From Octopus vulgaris (Eukaryota), in contig OX597822.1 of assembly GCA_951406725.2 (NCBI GenBank), forward strand, positions 83,824,001 through 83,888,000: a DNA stretch of 64,000 bases. Reading direction: 5' to 3'. The position numbers and the translations under genes are program-made. Below, in pieces: positions 1-13,856 of the stretch. The first letter of the stretch is position 1, and each line of letters begins with the position of its first letter. A model generated the notes under the pieces. That model saw only the letters and a list, made by a program, of their open reading frames with translations. It was not told the DNA's origin and searched no databases.

Positions 1-80
1 GACCTCCACCAGCAGTCGGATGCTGCATTTCAATGACTCACTTCGTGAAATTTTGTCTCATAATATCTTCGAGCCATCAA

Positions 81-295
81 AGCGGCGAGCTGGCAGAAAC
101 GTTAGCACGCCGGGCAAAATGCTTAGCGCTATATCGTGTGCCTCTACGTTCTGAGTTCAAATTTCGCCGAGATCGACTTTGCCTTTCATCCTTTCGGGGT
201 CGATAATTTAAGTACCAGTCGCGCACTGGAGTCAATCTATTCGACTGGCCCCCTTTCCCCAAAATTTCGGTCCTTGTGCCTAGAGTAGAAAAGAA
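81..295 (+). mobile_element. tRNA-derived SINE, family A (monomer)
   Basis: Head GGCGAGCTGGCAGAAACGTTAGC (A box), GAGTTCAAATT (B box), core GACTTTGCCTTTCATCCTTTCGGGGTCGATAA-TTAAGTACCAG shared by more than 12 copies in the window, tail CCTTGTGCCTAGAGTAGAAAAGAA. Confidence 0.9.
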
Positions 296-617
296 AATCT
301 TGGAGCCATTTGATATTCTGCATAATAGCAACCTCCACAAGTCTACTGCAACGTTTTATGTTGTTGCAACTAAACGGCTCAAATATATTTCCTTTCTTTT
401 CTGCAGGTATATTAACAAATGAATTCTAACCTTCATTATGCCTGCATTTTTGTATACCTCTTATTTGTTTATAAATAATTACTCGGATGTTTTTTGAAAA
501 GATTTTGCTGCTGTGTTTCGGAGGTGAAGAGTTTACATGGATCTCCTTTATTGGCTCAAGCCTTTATATTAATTACATGGCCCATACTTTGAAGTTGTAT
601 GGTAAGATGGTGCTACT

Positions 618-1032
618 GAAGGCGGCGAGCTGGCAGAAACGTTAGCACGCCGAGCGAAATGCTTTGCGGTATTTCATCTGCCGTTACGTTCTGAGTTCAA
701 ATTCCGCCGAGGTCGATTTTGCTTTTCATCCTTTCGGGTCGATAAATTAAGTACCAGTTTCGCACTGGGGTCGGTGTAATCTACTTAATCTGTTTGTCTG
801 TCCTTGTTTGTCCCCTCTCTGTTTAGCCCCTTGTGGGTAGTATAGAAATAGGTATTTCGTCTGCAGCTACGTCCTGAGTTCAAATTCCGCCGAGGTCGAC
901 TTTGCCTTTCATCCTTTCGGGGTCGATTAAATAAGTACTAGTTACGCGCTGGCGTCGATATAATCGACTTAATCCGTTTGCCTGTCCTTGTTTGTTCCCT
1001 CTGTGTGTAGCCCCTTGTGGGCAGTAAAGAAA
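618..1032 (+). mobile_element. SINE family A, internally dimeric copy with 15-bp TSD
   Basis: B box-core-tail unit present twice; TAAGATGGTGCTACT at 603-617 and 1033-1047. Confidence 0.92.
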
Positions 1033-2076
1033 TAAGATGGTGCTACTCGCTCTTCATAATAACGCACATCTTGAATGCCTCAGATGACAACCTATCAAAG
1101 ATCATACTCTAATCCATAACATTCTTAAATAAAGGAAATATATTTAGTCGTTTAGTTGCATTGAAATTGTGGAGGCACGTGTTTAAAATATTATCCTAAT
1201 ATCCATCACAATCACAAATTAGTCACTAAAACACAAATAAAAATAAAATGCACAGCAAGTATAAATATTACAATTATTCTGAATCAATTTGCCAAAAAAA
1301 CGTCAATTAATAATGGATTTATTCTACATTTCCGTGAGCAGAACGCCCATTGACAAGTTGGCTAAATTACTTCCATTTTCTCTAATATTTGCCAACTCTG
1401 CTTTTATCACAATTTGAATATCATTGTAAAAGATATTAAAAACATTTGTCTCTCAGTGTGAGCTTTTCTAATTTATTATTGAATATATTACTTAGCAGTA
1501 TATATATCAGCGCCACCGTGAGCTGATATATATACGTCTGTATATGTATTATGCATAGATAGATATATAGATAGATAAACAGATAAACAGATGCTTGTGT
1601 GTACGTATGTGTATAGGTGTGTGAGTATATATGCGGGATTGCTTCACTTATACATTTTAATATAAACGAGGAAAACGCATCTGCTTTAGTAAATGTATCA
1701 AATAATATGCATAAATATAAAATGTCTATATCACTATATTTCAACGACAAACTGCACTATTTGTAAACTAGATCCATTGTTTACAATATCGTTGCAGCAT
1801 CGAACAACTTCTGGTGAGTGGTAAACACACAGAAAATATGTCCCATTGTCTCTATATTAGGTTTCCCCTAAACACACACATGCACACGCGCACATACACA
1901 CACATGCGTGTGCGCGCACCCCCTTCCGTGTGTAAGGATGTATGCATGTATGTAATGATATGGTGTGTGTAGGCGTATATGCAAATAATTTTCTTATAGA
2001 CATCATAAAGAAGTCAATACATTTTTCACCAAAAGGAAACAGCGGTTTCTAAACCTCTCCTTTATCCCGTGTACAT

Positions 2077-2660
<584 letters not shown>

Positions 2661-3005
2661 GCATATGTGTAGAAGTTTTAGATGGACATATATGCAAGTT
2701 AGTGTGAGTTTAGCAATATTACTGGTTTTCAGACTTGAAAATGATTTCCTCAATGTTAATAATAAATGAATTAGCTTAAAGACACATCTATGTACACATA
2801 AAAGACATAAAAAACATACAGGACATACAAGAATAACGTGACATACAAGACGTACAAGAATAACAAGACAAACAAGACGCACACAGACACACTGACGCGC
2901 GCACACTGCCCCACCCACTACACACACGTACATACATACACATACATGTTAGCACTATCTTAATGACTGATAACAGAGAACAACAGAATGATTACAGCAG
3001 AGGAC

Positions 3006-3054
3006 AGAACCAAATCATCGATGATTTTGCATTTTAATGCTCATCAGTGGCTCC
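3006..3054 (-). ncRNA. Type I hammerhead ribozyme motif (G12A variant)
   Basis: Reverse complement reads GGAGCCA-CUGAUGA-GCAUU aa AAUGC-AAAA-UCAUCGAUGA-UU-UGGUUCU; stems I, II and III all pair. Confidence 0.75.
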
Positions 3055-3354
3055 CACCGCGCCTAGGGTTAAACGCAGCTCGCCTGACCAGGGAACTATA
3101 CCGGTTCAAGACAAACTCTACAGACACGGAAGCACTGTCAGGCGGACCTGTCCGAGATGTGCACAGGGCCATGAAACCGTCCTGCATGCATTTGTCCAGT
3201 GTCCCTGCATTTCTGACTTGTGAGGATTTGTCGAACAGCTTTTGTTTCGTGTAGGACAAACACGGTTATCAGCTGATTAGATTATCAGCGGATTATATAT
3301 ATATAAACTCAGCTCGCCTGGTCAGGCGAGCTGCGTTTGGCCCTAGGTGCGGTG

Positions 3355-3403
3355 GGAGCCACTGATGAGCATTAAAATGCAAAATCATCGATGATCTGGT
3401 TCT
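3355..3403 (+). ncRNA. Type I hammerhead ribozyme motif (G12A variant)
   Basis: GGAGCCA(3355-61) CTGATGA(3362-68) GCATT-AA-AATGC AAAA TCATCGATGA TC TGGTTCT(3397-3403); stem III is the palindrome ATCATCGATGAT. Confidence 0.78.
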
Positions 3404-3449
3404 GTCCTCTGCTGTAATCATTCTGTCATCCTGTTATATATATATATAT

Positions 3450-3725
3450 AATCCGCTGATAATCTAATCAGCTGATAACCGTTGTTCGACAAATCCCCAG
3501 AAGTCAGTAATGCAGGGACACTGGACAAATACATACTGGACGGTTTCATGACCCTGTGCACATCTCAGACAGGTCTGCCTGACAGTGCTTCCGTGTCTGT
3601 AGAGTTTGTCTTGAACCGGTATAGTTCCCCGGTAGTACTGTTAAGCCAGGGATTTCTGGAAGTTAGCCATTGGCCCTGTCTTGAATGCCTTCCGGAAAAG
3701 AACAGTTAATTGAACCCTCCCGATG
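3450..3725 (-). pseudogene. Tx1/L1-clade ORF2 C-terminal zinc-finger (zf-RVT) fragment; inverted copy at 3091-3290
   Basis: Minus frame LFRKAFKTGPMANFQKSLA*QYYRGTIPVQDKLYRHG...; the plus copy reads TCPRCAQGHETVLHAFVQCP, the C-x2-C...ET..H....C motif of L1/Tx1 ORF2. Confidence 0.75.
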
Positions 3726-4342
3726 CCCTGCTTGTTATTCATACACCTGTTTTCGTCTTTTATTTTTCTGTAAATTTTAACTCTCAATGATACTAAATCT
3801 CAATTATACTAAAACCCTAGGGATGTTTGTGTGTAACTGAAATATCTCAGAAATTATATATTATTTTATCTTTTTTTACATATTTATTTTCATACTTACC
3901 TTCGGCAGTACAGTACATATTTTTGTGACATTTGGACCTCTTGTTAAACGATTAAACAATTATTGCTTGCTATTTCTTGGCGAAAAGAAACATGGCTTTC
4001 GTGACGTTTACACACATACAGAATACACATACATATAATGAATGTCATAGCTTTCAATCAACACAAACATACGTCAGCTATCTGTGACATATACACACAC
4101 ATAGTCTTCGCGCTCTTTAAGAAAATGAAGTCGACATTTTGACGTACACAATACTTTAATCGTTTAGAAATATACTTTACTCATGTAATTGATTACCATT
4201 GTTTCGATAGTTCTAATTAAATAAGTCCAAAAGTTAGGTTAAATATGTATATATGCTTAAATACTGTAAATTCCCATTCTACAGAATGGCAAACAATTCC
4301 ACGAATACTTTACCGGGCAAGGGTGGGTAGTAAGCCTAGTGT

Positions 4343-4385
<43 letters not shown>

Positions 4386-4965
4386 CATATTTGAGCACAG
4401 GACGTCATGAAACGTGTACAACAAAACAAATACGAAGTAAGAGTATATGGAATATGAACCAATTTTTCGAACAACGAAAGACACAACTGGAAAACCCGAC
4501 AAACAAGATAAAGAACGACCCTCTATCCGTTGTTGGCTGTTTTTCTACTCTCGTACTTCTTAAAAAAAACTTGGGAATTTGCAGAGGGTCCAAATTGGTA
4601 ACACAAACAGAACAGTGAAAACAAATAGGAAGGGCTGTATAGCCTAAACGAGGTTGTGGTGGTGAACGCGTAAATCAAGCTTGGACAGGAGACAGACATG
4701 AACACGTCTTCCTTGTTCTAGCTACAACTGAGAGAAAGAAACACGAGTTAGGAGATGAAAGAAAGATGGCCGATGGGGACGTGGGAGCCACATGAGCAAG
4801 AAAGGGGGAGTGAGCGAGGGTGGGTGACATCGAAATTGGATAGAATAATGGGAGAAGAGGAGGTAAAAGAATAAGAGAGCGAAAGAGAGAAAAAAGATCG
4901 TATAGAGTACGCATCAGAATTACTAAGATAAAACTTACTTGGAAGAGGATGCGTGGCGTTCAATC

Positions 4966-5000
<35 letters not shown>

Positions 5001-5025
5001 TATACATATATACTTACATCTATAC

Positions 5026-5085
<60 letters not shown>

Positions 5086-5127
5086 GCATATGTGGGCACA
5101 TGACGTCATATAACATGTACAACAAAT

Positions 5128-5344
5128 ATTGGGTTCAAATTTTGGTACAAGGCTAGCAATTTTTGATCGAACATCTGAGTCGAATACAATTACTCCAGCG
5201 TGAAACTGGTACATGCTTTATCGACCCCGAAATGATGAAACTCAGTGTCCACCTAAGCGTAATTTGAACACGGAACAGAAAGACGCACGAAATGCCGCTA
5301 AGAATTTTACCTGGTTTGCTAACGGTTCTGCCAGCTCGCCTCCT
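5128..5344 (-). mobile_element. SINE family A (diverged)
   Basis: Reverse complement of head GGCGAGCTGGCAGAACCGTTAGC and core TTCATCATTTCGGGGTCGATAA. Confidence 0.8.
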
Positions 5345-5545
5345 TTTATACTCATATAATATTACTATGTGTAAGGAAAAACGGATTCTTTCTTGACATT
5401 TATATATTGCAATATGCTTTCACCATTTTTGTACATATATACAAAAGTCTAAAAAGGTTTTGCAACGCGCAAATTAATTGGACCAAGGAAATTGTTATTT
5501 TCATAGATATTGAATTTGTCTTTCCCGACAGAGACTTAATTATAC

Positions 5546-5610
<65 letters not shown>

Positions 5611-6104
5611 AAGAGACAGAGAGAGAGAGAAACAGGCAGGCAGCCAGATAGATAGACACAAATATGTACATATATATAGGCATATTGTAGAATAAAAGAC
5701 TTCCTCAAAAATTCGATATTCAATTAAGCAAACAATTTTAATTCATAAATATACTTGTATTCATATTTTATTATGCTCGATATACATTTTACATAAAAGA
5801 TACTGATTCTGGAGAATCGATAATTCATTAAAAATATACTTCTTACGCATACGAAAACACTGACTTTTGAATTTTCCATTTCTATCTTCCAAACATCCAC
5901 ACATACGCATATTTATATCCATGTAATCACACACAAAATGTCTCTAACACTTGGACGAACACAGACGCACATATGGTATATGTATGCATACTCGTTATTA
6001 ATGTATGTGTGAATGTGTAGTGAACAGAAAATCTCACGTGGCTACATGTAGTAGAAGGAAAATGCATAGAAATGTTACGTTTTAGAATGCACACACACAC
6101 TCAC

Positions 6105-6194
<90 letters not shown>

Positions 6195-6230
6195 ATATGT
6201 TTATGTATATATATACATATACAAATATAG

Positions 6231-6272
<42 letters not shown>

Positions 6273-6282
6273 GTGTGTGTGT

Positions 6283-6596
6283 AAACGATAAACGTCGCCC
6301 TTTTCAAGCCAACCCAGGCTCATGGGTCTGGTTTCCCGGTTTCTGTGGCGTATGTGTTTCCCCCAGCTCGACGGGACGCCAGTCCATCGCTGCGTTACTC
6401 AAGAAACAGGAAGAGAGAGTGAGAGAAAGTTGTGGCGAAAGAATACAACAGGGGTCGTCACCACCCCCTGCCAGAGGTTCGTGGAGTTTTTAGGTGTTTT
6501 CGCTCAATAAACACATACAACGCCCGGTCTGGGAATCGAAACCGCGATCCTCTGACCGCGAGTCCGCTGCCCTAACCACTGCGCCATTGCGCCTTC
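6283..6596 (-). mobile_element. tRNA-derived SINE, family C
   Basis: Reverse-complement head GGCGCAATGGCGCAGTGGTTAGGGCAGCGGACTCGCGG...GGTTTCGATTCCC with A and B boxes; relatives at ~7248-7320 and 57865-58085. Confidence 0.8.
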
Positions 6597-6631
6597 ACAC
6601 ACACACACATTTTTATGTATTTATATATATA

Positions 6632-7069
<438 letters not shown>

Positions 7070-7167
7070 CGGGTTAGAGAGGGAGAGTGAAAAGATTCCC
7101 GAAAAAATTGGGAAAATGCATAAAAATTTATGTTGGCCCAAACACACATCACAATCACATACAAACA

Positions 7168-7222
<55 letters not shown>

Positions 7223-7349
7223 ATATGCATACACATATACATATACAGATCGTGGGTTCGATTCTCAGACCGGGCGTTGCGTTGTGATCTTGAGCAAACC
7301 ACTTCCTTTCTCGTTGCTGTTCGACCATTTCGACATGTGGCACCTGCTT

Positions 7350-8220
7350 AAATTATGCGGTCCACTAACTTCTGCTGTAGTTCACCGGAAGTTCAATGAC
7401 AAGATTACTATCATCAAAGAACGAGTGAAAATCCTGCAACACTCGCAAGAACACTTCACTGATTTATCAGACAACCCATCAGTAGGTAGTCGATGATAAT
7501 GTTAGGGGGTTTCCCTCAATGCGAGGGCTCTCAAACATATAAATATAGTTAGGGCACTTGGCTGAGATGGTCTTCTAGTCGAAGTGCAGAAGGCTGGAAA
7601 CGGAAAGGTAACACATATAGTATTTAACCCCGCCACTAAGTGATGGACTGGCTTCTCTATACCAAACGATTGGACTAGTGGCATTTTACTGTTATTTTTT
7701 TTTCAAGGGTAAAGGAAAAAAGAAATTTGTGACCACCACCGTCGCATCACAAACCTGGAAGCAGTCGGCAAAGAATTCCTAGACTTTTGCTCAGTAGGCT
7801 GATGGAAGATATTTGTCTTACAGCCACTCCTGATTCACAAAGTGGTTTTTGATCAGGTAGATGGACAATCAACTTGATATTCTCTGCTAGGCAAATATAA
7901 GAGAAACGCACTAAACAACAAATGTCTTTGTTGATTAAACAAAAATTATGACACATTCAACAGTGATGCACTGTGGAACATCTTTTGAAGGGCCGGGTCC
8001 CCACAACTGTTTGTCTGTATTTCTTTCTCTTTTACACGTTTCAGTCATTTCGCTGCGGCCATGCTGGAGAACCGCCTTTAGTCGATCAAATCGACTTATA
8101 CTTTGTAAGCCTAGTACTTATTCTATTGGTCTCTTGCCGAGCCGCTAAGTTATGGTGACCTAAACACACCAGCATCGGTTGTCAAGTGAAGGTGGGCGTG
8201 ACAAACACAGATGCATAAGT

Positions 8221-8279
<59 letters not shown>

Positions 8280-9830
8280 TATACAACAAGCTTCTTTCAG
8301 TTTCCATCTACCAACTCCACTCACAAGGCATTGGTTGACCTGAGGCTATATTGGAAGACACTTGCCCAAGGTGCCACGCAGTGGGAGTGTACCTGGAACT
8401 ATGTGGTTAGGAAGCAAGCTACTTACCACACAGCCACTCCTGCACCTATGCATATTTAAGATGTTGCATAAAAACATGAAGGCTCGAGTCGTCTTAAACG
8501 GAAAAGTGACTATCGAAGTTCCGATTGACAAATGAGTAAAACAAGTTATCATAAGCCGGAAATGTATGAAACTTTGATAAGGTACCTCCATTATGCAAAT
8601 GAAGCTGACTTTCTGGTTCACACTATTGATGACATACAACACATTCTGGATCATTTCCGCTTGCTTCCTGTACGGCCTTTAGTATTAAGAGAATATTGAA
8701 AAACAAAAGGAAACACGGCAATATTCACACTTGCACCAGGTGAACCGTATTTCGAGCCGGATGTCGCAGAATACTGTACAAGGTTTGGTGTGATTAGTAG
8801 TTTTGTTTATCTGGGCAGCGTATTGAGGAAAGAAGGCCCTCATAGATGTATAAATATATCTACGTATTCAGAAAGAATCTGTAGCGTTCGGGAAGTTTCA
8901 AAAGAGAATCTGAGCAAACCACAGCATTGCTAACACGACCGAGCTGAGCGTTTACAAGGTTTGCATTCGAACGGTTCTCTTGTACTTTTCTGAAACATGG
9001 ACAGTACAACGTTGCCATCTCAATCTGCATGAGCTCTTTCACAAAAAATGCTTGAGGTATACTCAACATAAAGTAGCAAAGTCAAACACCTGAAACAGAA
9101 GTCGTTGCAAAGGCGAAGCAACCAGTCACTCATCATATTTACTCAGATGTGTTGGGCAGGCCATGATGTGCCCACGAAAGATATTAGAACTCTAAATACG
9201 TATGGTGTGCTGTGCACCGGAAAGCATCCCCGGCACAAACCAAAGAGGGTACGATGACAATATCAATGGCAAACTGAAGGAATTGAAAATCAATGTAAAT
9301 AACTGGGGAAAACTAGCTTTAGAAAGAGCTCAGTGGAGGAAGAGTCTAAAGGAAAGTGGTAGAAATTTTGAAGAGATCCGCCCAACGCAAGAAAACTTAA
9401 AAGCACTGGCTTCGGTGGGGCTATCATCAGAATCGCATTGAAAACATGTGTTAGAAATGTGAAATGCGTACGTGAGAACTCCTTTCAAGGGTTGCATAGG
9501 TCAGCCATCAAATGACCCATGAATCGTCAACTATATGCCACGTCCTTGCCCCCAGACCGAGCGATTGACAAGTGTAGTGTGTGAAAGGAATTTCAAGTCG
9601 ATTTCGTGTCTAAAGAGATATATAGCTGATCACATGGATCATATCTCGCAAACTGAACTTATCAATCCGGTGAAACTTACAACTTTCAACTGTCACCGAT
9701 GCTTCAAACTGTGCAGAACTGCAGCTGGACTGAATAATCATATGAGAGGTCATGGATGGAATGTCAGAAATGCCATTGACAACATGAAGCTCAGAAAGAC
9801 AACAATCATCTGTAAAGATGAAGCAATCAT
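7350..9830 (+). mobile_element. Decayed RTE-clade LINE (RT domain to C-terminal C2H2 fingers), interrupted by a SINE
   Basis: Broken frames read KILQHSQEHFTDL, PDSQSGF*SGRWTINLIFSARQI*EK, LHKNMKARV...*VKQ, FVYLGS...VAFGKFQKRI, VLLYFSETWT, WGKLALERAQWRKSL and [21 protein letters not shown]. Confidence 0.85.
8020..8449 (-). mobile_element. tRNA-derived SINE, family B (internal microsatellite), nested in the RTE
   Basis: Reverse complement GGAGTGGCTGTGTGGTAAGTAGCTTGC...CACCTTGGGCAAGTGTCTTC...[TA/TG]...CAGCATGGCCGCAGCGAAATGACTGAAAC. Confidence 0.88.
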
Positions 9831-9856
9831 GATTTATATATGTAAATATGTATGTG

Positions 9857-10710
<854 letters not shown>

Positions 10711-10715
10711 CCATG

Positions 10716-10793
<78 letters not shown>

Positions 10794-10981
10794 TACATAT
10801 ATATATATGTATATATATATATATACACACACACACACATATATATATTTATATATAGATATAATATACATACATGTATATGGGTGTATGCGTGTACGTA
10901 TTTGTATGTGTGTGTGTGTGTGTATCAGTTTGGTTAAGTACCTGCGCAACGATATATATTTTAATTAGTGAACAATTAATT

Positions 10982-11583
10982 AGGCGGCGAGCTGGCAGAA
11001 ACATTAGCACGCCGGGCGAAATTCTTAGCAGTATTTCATCTGCCGTTACGTTCTGAGTTCAAATTCCGCCGAGGTCGACTTTGCCTTTCATCCTTTCGGG
11101 GTCGATTAAATAAGAACCAGTTACGCACTGGGGTCGATATAATCGATTTAATCCGTTTGTCTGTCCTTGTTTGTCCTCTCTGTGTTTATCCCCTTGTTGA
11201 TAGTATAGAAATAGGTATTTCTTCTGCCGTTACGTTCTGTGTTCAAATTCCGCCGAGGTTGACTTTGCCTTTCATCCTTTCGGGGTCGATAAATTAAGTA
11301 CCAGTTACGCACTGGAGTCAATGTAATCGACTTAATCCCTTTGTCTGTCCTCTCTATGTTTAGCCCCTTGTGGGCAATAAAAGAAGAAAGGAACATTCGC
11401 ACTCCGTGCGAAATATTTAGCAGCAGTATTTCATTTGACTTTACATTCTGAGTTCAAATTCTTCCGATGTCGACTTTGCCTTTCATCCTTTCGGGGTCGA
11501 TAAATTAAGTACCAGTTGCGTACTGGGATCGATCTAACCTCTCCCCCAAAAATTCGGGCCCTCTGCCTCGAGTAGAAAAGAAT
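10982..11583 (+). mobile_element. SINE family A dimer plus adjacent partial third unit
   Basis: Three successive B box-core units with family A head at 10982. Confidence 0.88.
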
Positions 11584-11634
11584 TAGCGCGCAACAATAAA
11601 TAAATTGCAAAAATCTATCGTCCACTGCAAACGA

Positions 11635-11955
11635 AACGTGGCATTTGTAAAATCCATGAATGTATCATATCAGTATGCTGAGTGAAGGCATAATAGTAAT
11701 GAGATGCTTTTCTATGAATTACTTGCCTCCTACGCAGCAGAAAACAGACGGTCAGTTAAAGAAAACCATACATTCACGTTTATAGAATCACGTTTATAGT
11801 TTTACCATTTTCGGAAAGACTTGAATATTCAGTAAGCCGCACGTGACTTGCACGTTACGTAAAGCTGGCTTCTGTAGTCGTACAGTGGATTGGATGGTTT
11901 GGTGAGGAATTTAAAGTGTCAATGGAGAAATACAACGACCACGTGTCGGCGGGAA
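11635..11955. promoter_or_regulatory. Candidate E-box/D-box cluster
   Basis: AACGTG 11635, CACGTT 11775, 11789 and 11851, CACGTG 11840 and 11940, TTACGTAA 11855, ATTGG 11889, GGCGGGAA 11948. Confidence 0.35.
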
Positions 11956-12164
11956 GTGCATCTGATTCATGGAAAAACACCAATCGTATCAATATCCAAA
12001 TAAGTCTATTGTAAATAAACATACAAACACACATAAACCGCGTGTGTATGAGAAATATATATCCATATTTGTCCACATCTCTATTTATCTTTTTAGCCAT
12101 CCCTCTAGCTATCCGTTTATCATTCTATCTAGTTGTCTTTCTGTCAATCTATTTATCTTTTTCA

Positions 12165-12200
<36 letters not shown>

Positions 12201-12323
12201 GTGTCCCTTTCTTTTTCTTCTTCTCACTCTATCTACCTATCTATCTGTCTATTTATTTATCTATGTCTGTCTGTCTTTTTATCAGTCTGTCCCGAATATC
12301 TCCCTATCCAATCTATCTATCTG

Positions 12324-12382
<59 letters not shown>

Positions 12383-12600
12383 GTCAATTTATCTATCTGT
12401 CTATATGTGTGTGTGTGTATGTGTGTGCTTGTGTGTCCGTGTCTCTCTGTCTCTTTGCATGTCTGTCTATTTACTTATCTGTTTATCGATTCCAAAGCTT
12501 CCTTTCAGTGTATATTTATGAGAATTTCTTAAACTTATTTCACCACATATCGTCTGTCTATCAATGTATTTATCTATCTAGCAACATCATCTATACACAC

Positions 12601-12656
<56 letters not shown>

Positions 12657-12871
12657 TTCGTGTCTATCTATATGTCTATCTATTTGTCTATCAATCGATC
12701 TATCTATCCATCTATATATATATTGATGTCCATCTCTGTGAACCGCTCCTTTCTCTCCTCGTTTCTATCTCTTAGTTTTTCTCTCATTCTTATTTTTCGT
12801 CAACAATCGTTTATCTCATGATCTATATCATTTACACTTTGCGTCCTATTCCATTTGTTTCTTCTGTTCTC

Positions 12872-12923
<52 letters not shown>

Positions 12924-12931
12924 CTATTCTC

Positions 12932-12968
<37 letters not shown>

Positions 12969-13779
12969 TATTCTCTCTCTCTCTCTCTCTCTGCTATCTC
13001 AATCTCTTAGTGTATTTATGTATTAATCCAAATATTCAAATTTATATAAAACAACGAACGTTACGCGAATAAGTGAGTATATGAGGGTGTGTTGAAATTT
13101 TTATTTTTAAAAGTTAACTGTGACTTAGAAGTTTTGTAAAAACCTACCTTTTTGAAGTGGCATATCAGAAATTGGTTGTTTAAATGTGTACAAGGACGTT
13201 TTAGATCATTTTTATACAATACATTCATGAGGAAAATGCGTGGAAATAAGGAAATTGAATTTGTCAGAAAATATAGTATTTAATGCATGAGAAGAGGGAG
13301 AAACCGAAATATGTAACACACGCAAAATGGCGTGTGTGTGTGCGCGCGTGCGTGTTGTGTCTTTATTTCGGTGCAAGCGTATCTTTATTTGTGTGTGTGT
13401 GTGTGTGTAAGTGTGTGTATACGTGTGTGTATACGTGTGTGTGTACGTGTGTGTATGTATGTTTGTATGTGTGTGTGTGTGTGTAGTGGAGTGCTGGTGT
13501 AATGGGTGTTCAATACAGATATGGATAAATCTAGATTTTTAAAAAATATATGAAAGCAAAGTAAATTTACGGTGAAAACCAGAGACACGACAAAGGTAGG
13601 GCCAGAAACTGTTGGCTCCTGAGCACAACCGATCGTAGCTCTGCGATCAGCTCATACTCAGGAGCCTGATATGACCTTTCACAATAGCAACACACTCGCC
13701 ATCGTCTTCTAAAATGTGTTGACAAACTGTCAGTGAAAGCAAATAGATAAGCAGGCCAAAACGTTAATAATATTAGGAG

Positions 13780-13856
13780 GAAGAAGAAGAAGAAGAAGAA
13801 GAAGAAGAAGAAGAAGAAGAAGAAGAAGAAGAAGAAGAAGAAGAAGAAGAAGAAGA
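13780..13856. repeat. (GAA)n microsatellite
   Basis: Directly visible. Confidence 0.95.

Larger units (their letters stand above)
2970..3633. repeat. Permuted inverted duplication A-B-C / A'-C'-B'
   Basis: A 2970-3092 is the reverse complement of 3318-3437; B 3091-3237 of 3483-3630; C 3262-3305 of 3437-3482; 11-bp perfect hairpin CAGCTCGCCTG-GT-CAGGCGAGCTG at 3310-3333. Confidence 0.9.

Noticed and set aside
390-607. Apparent + strand exon (acceptor TTTCTGCAG at ~406, donor GGTAAG at 601)
   Set aside because: All three frames close early and the donor lies within a SINE TSD; at most a non-coding exon, which I cannot support
3890-4150. Strong minus-strand donor GAAG/GTAAGTATG at ~3900 with a short upstream ATG frame and CRE-like sites
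   Set aside because: No linked downstream exon or recognisable protein; such sites arise by chance in AT-rich DNA
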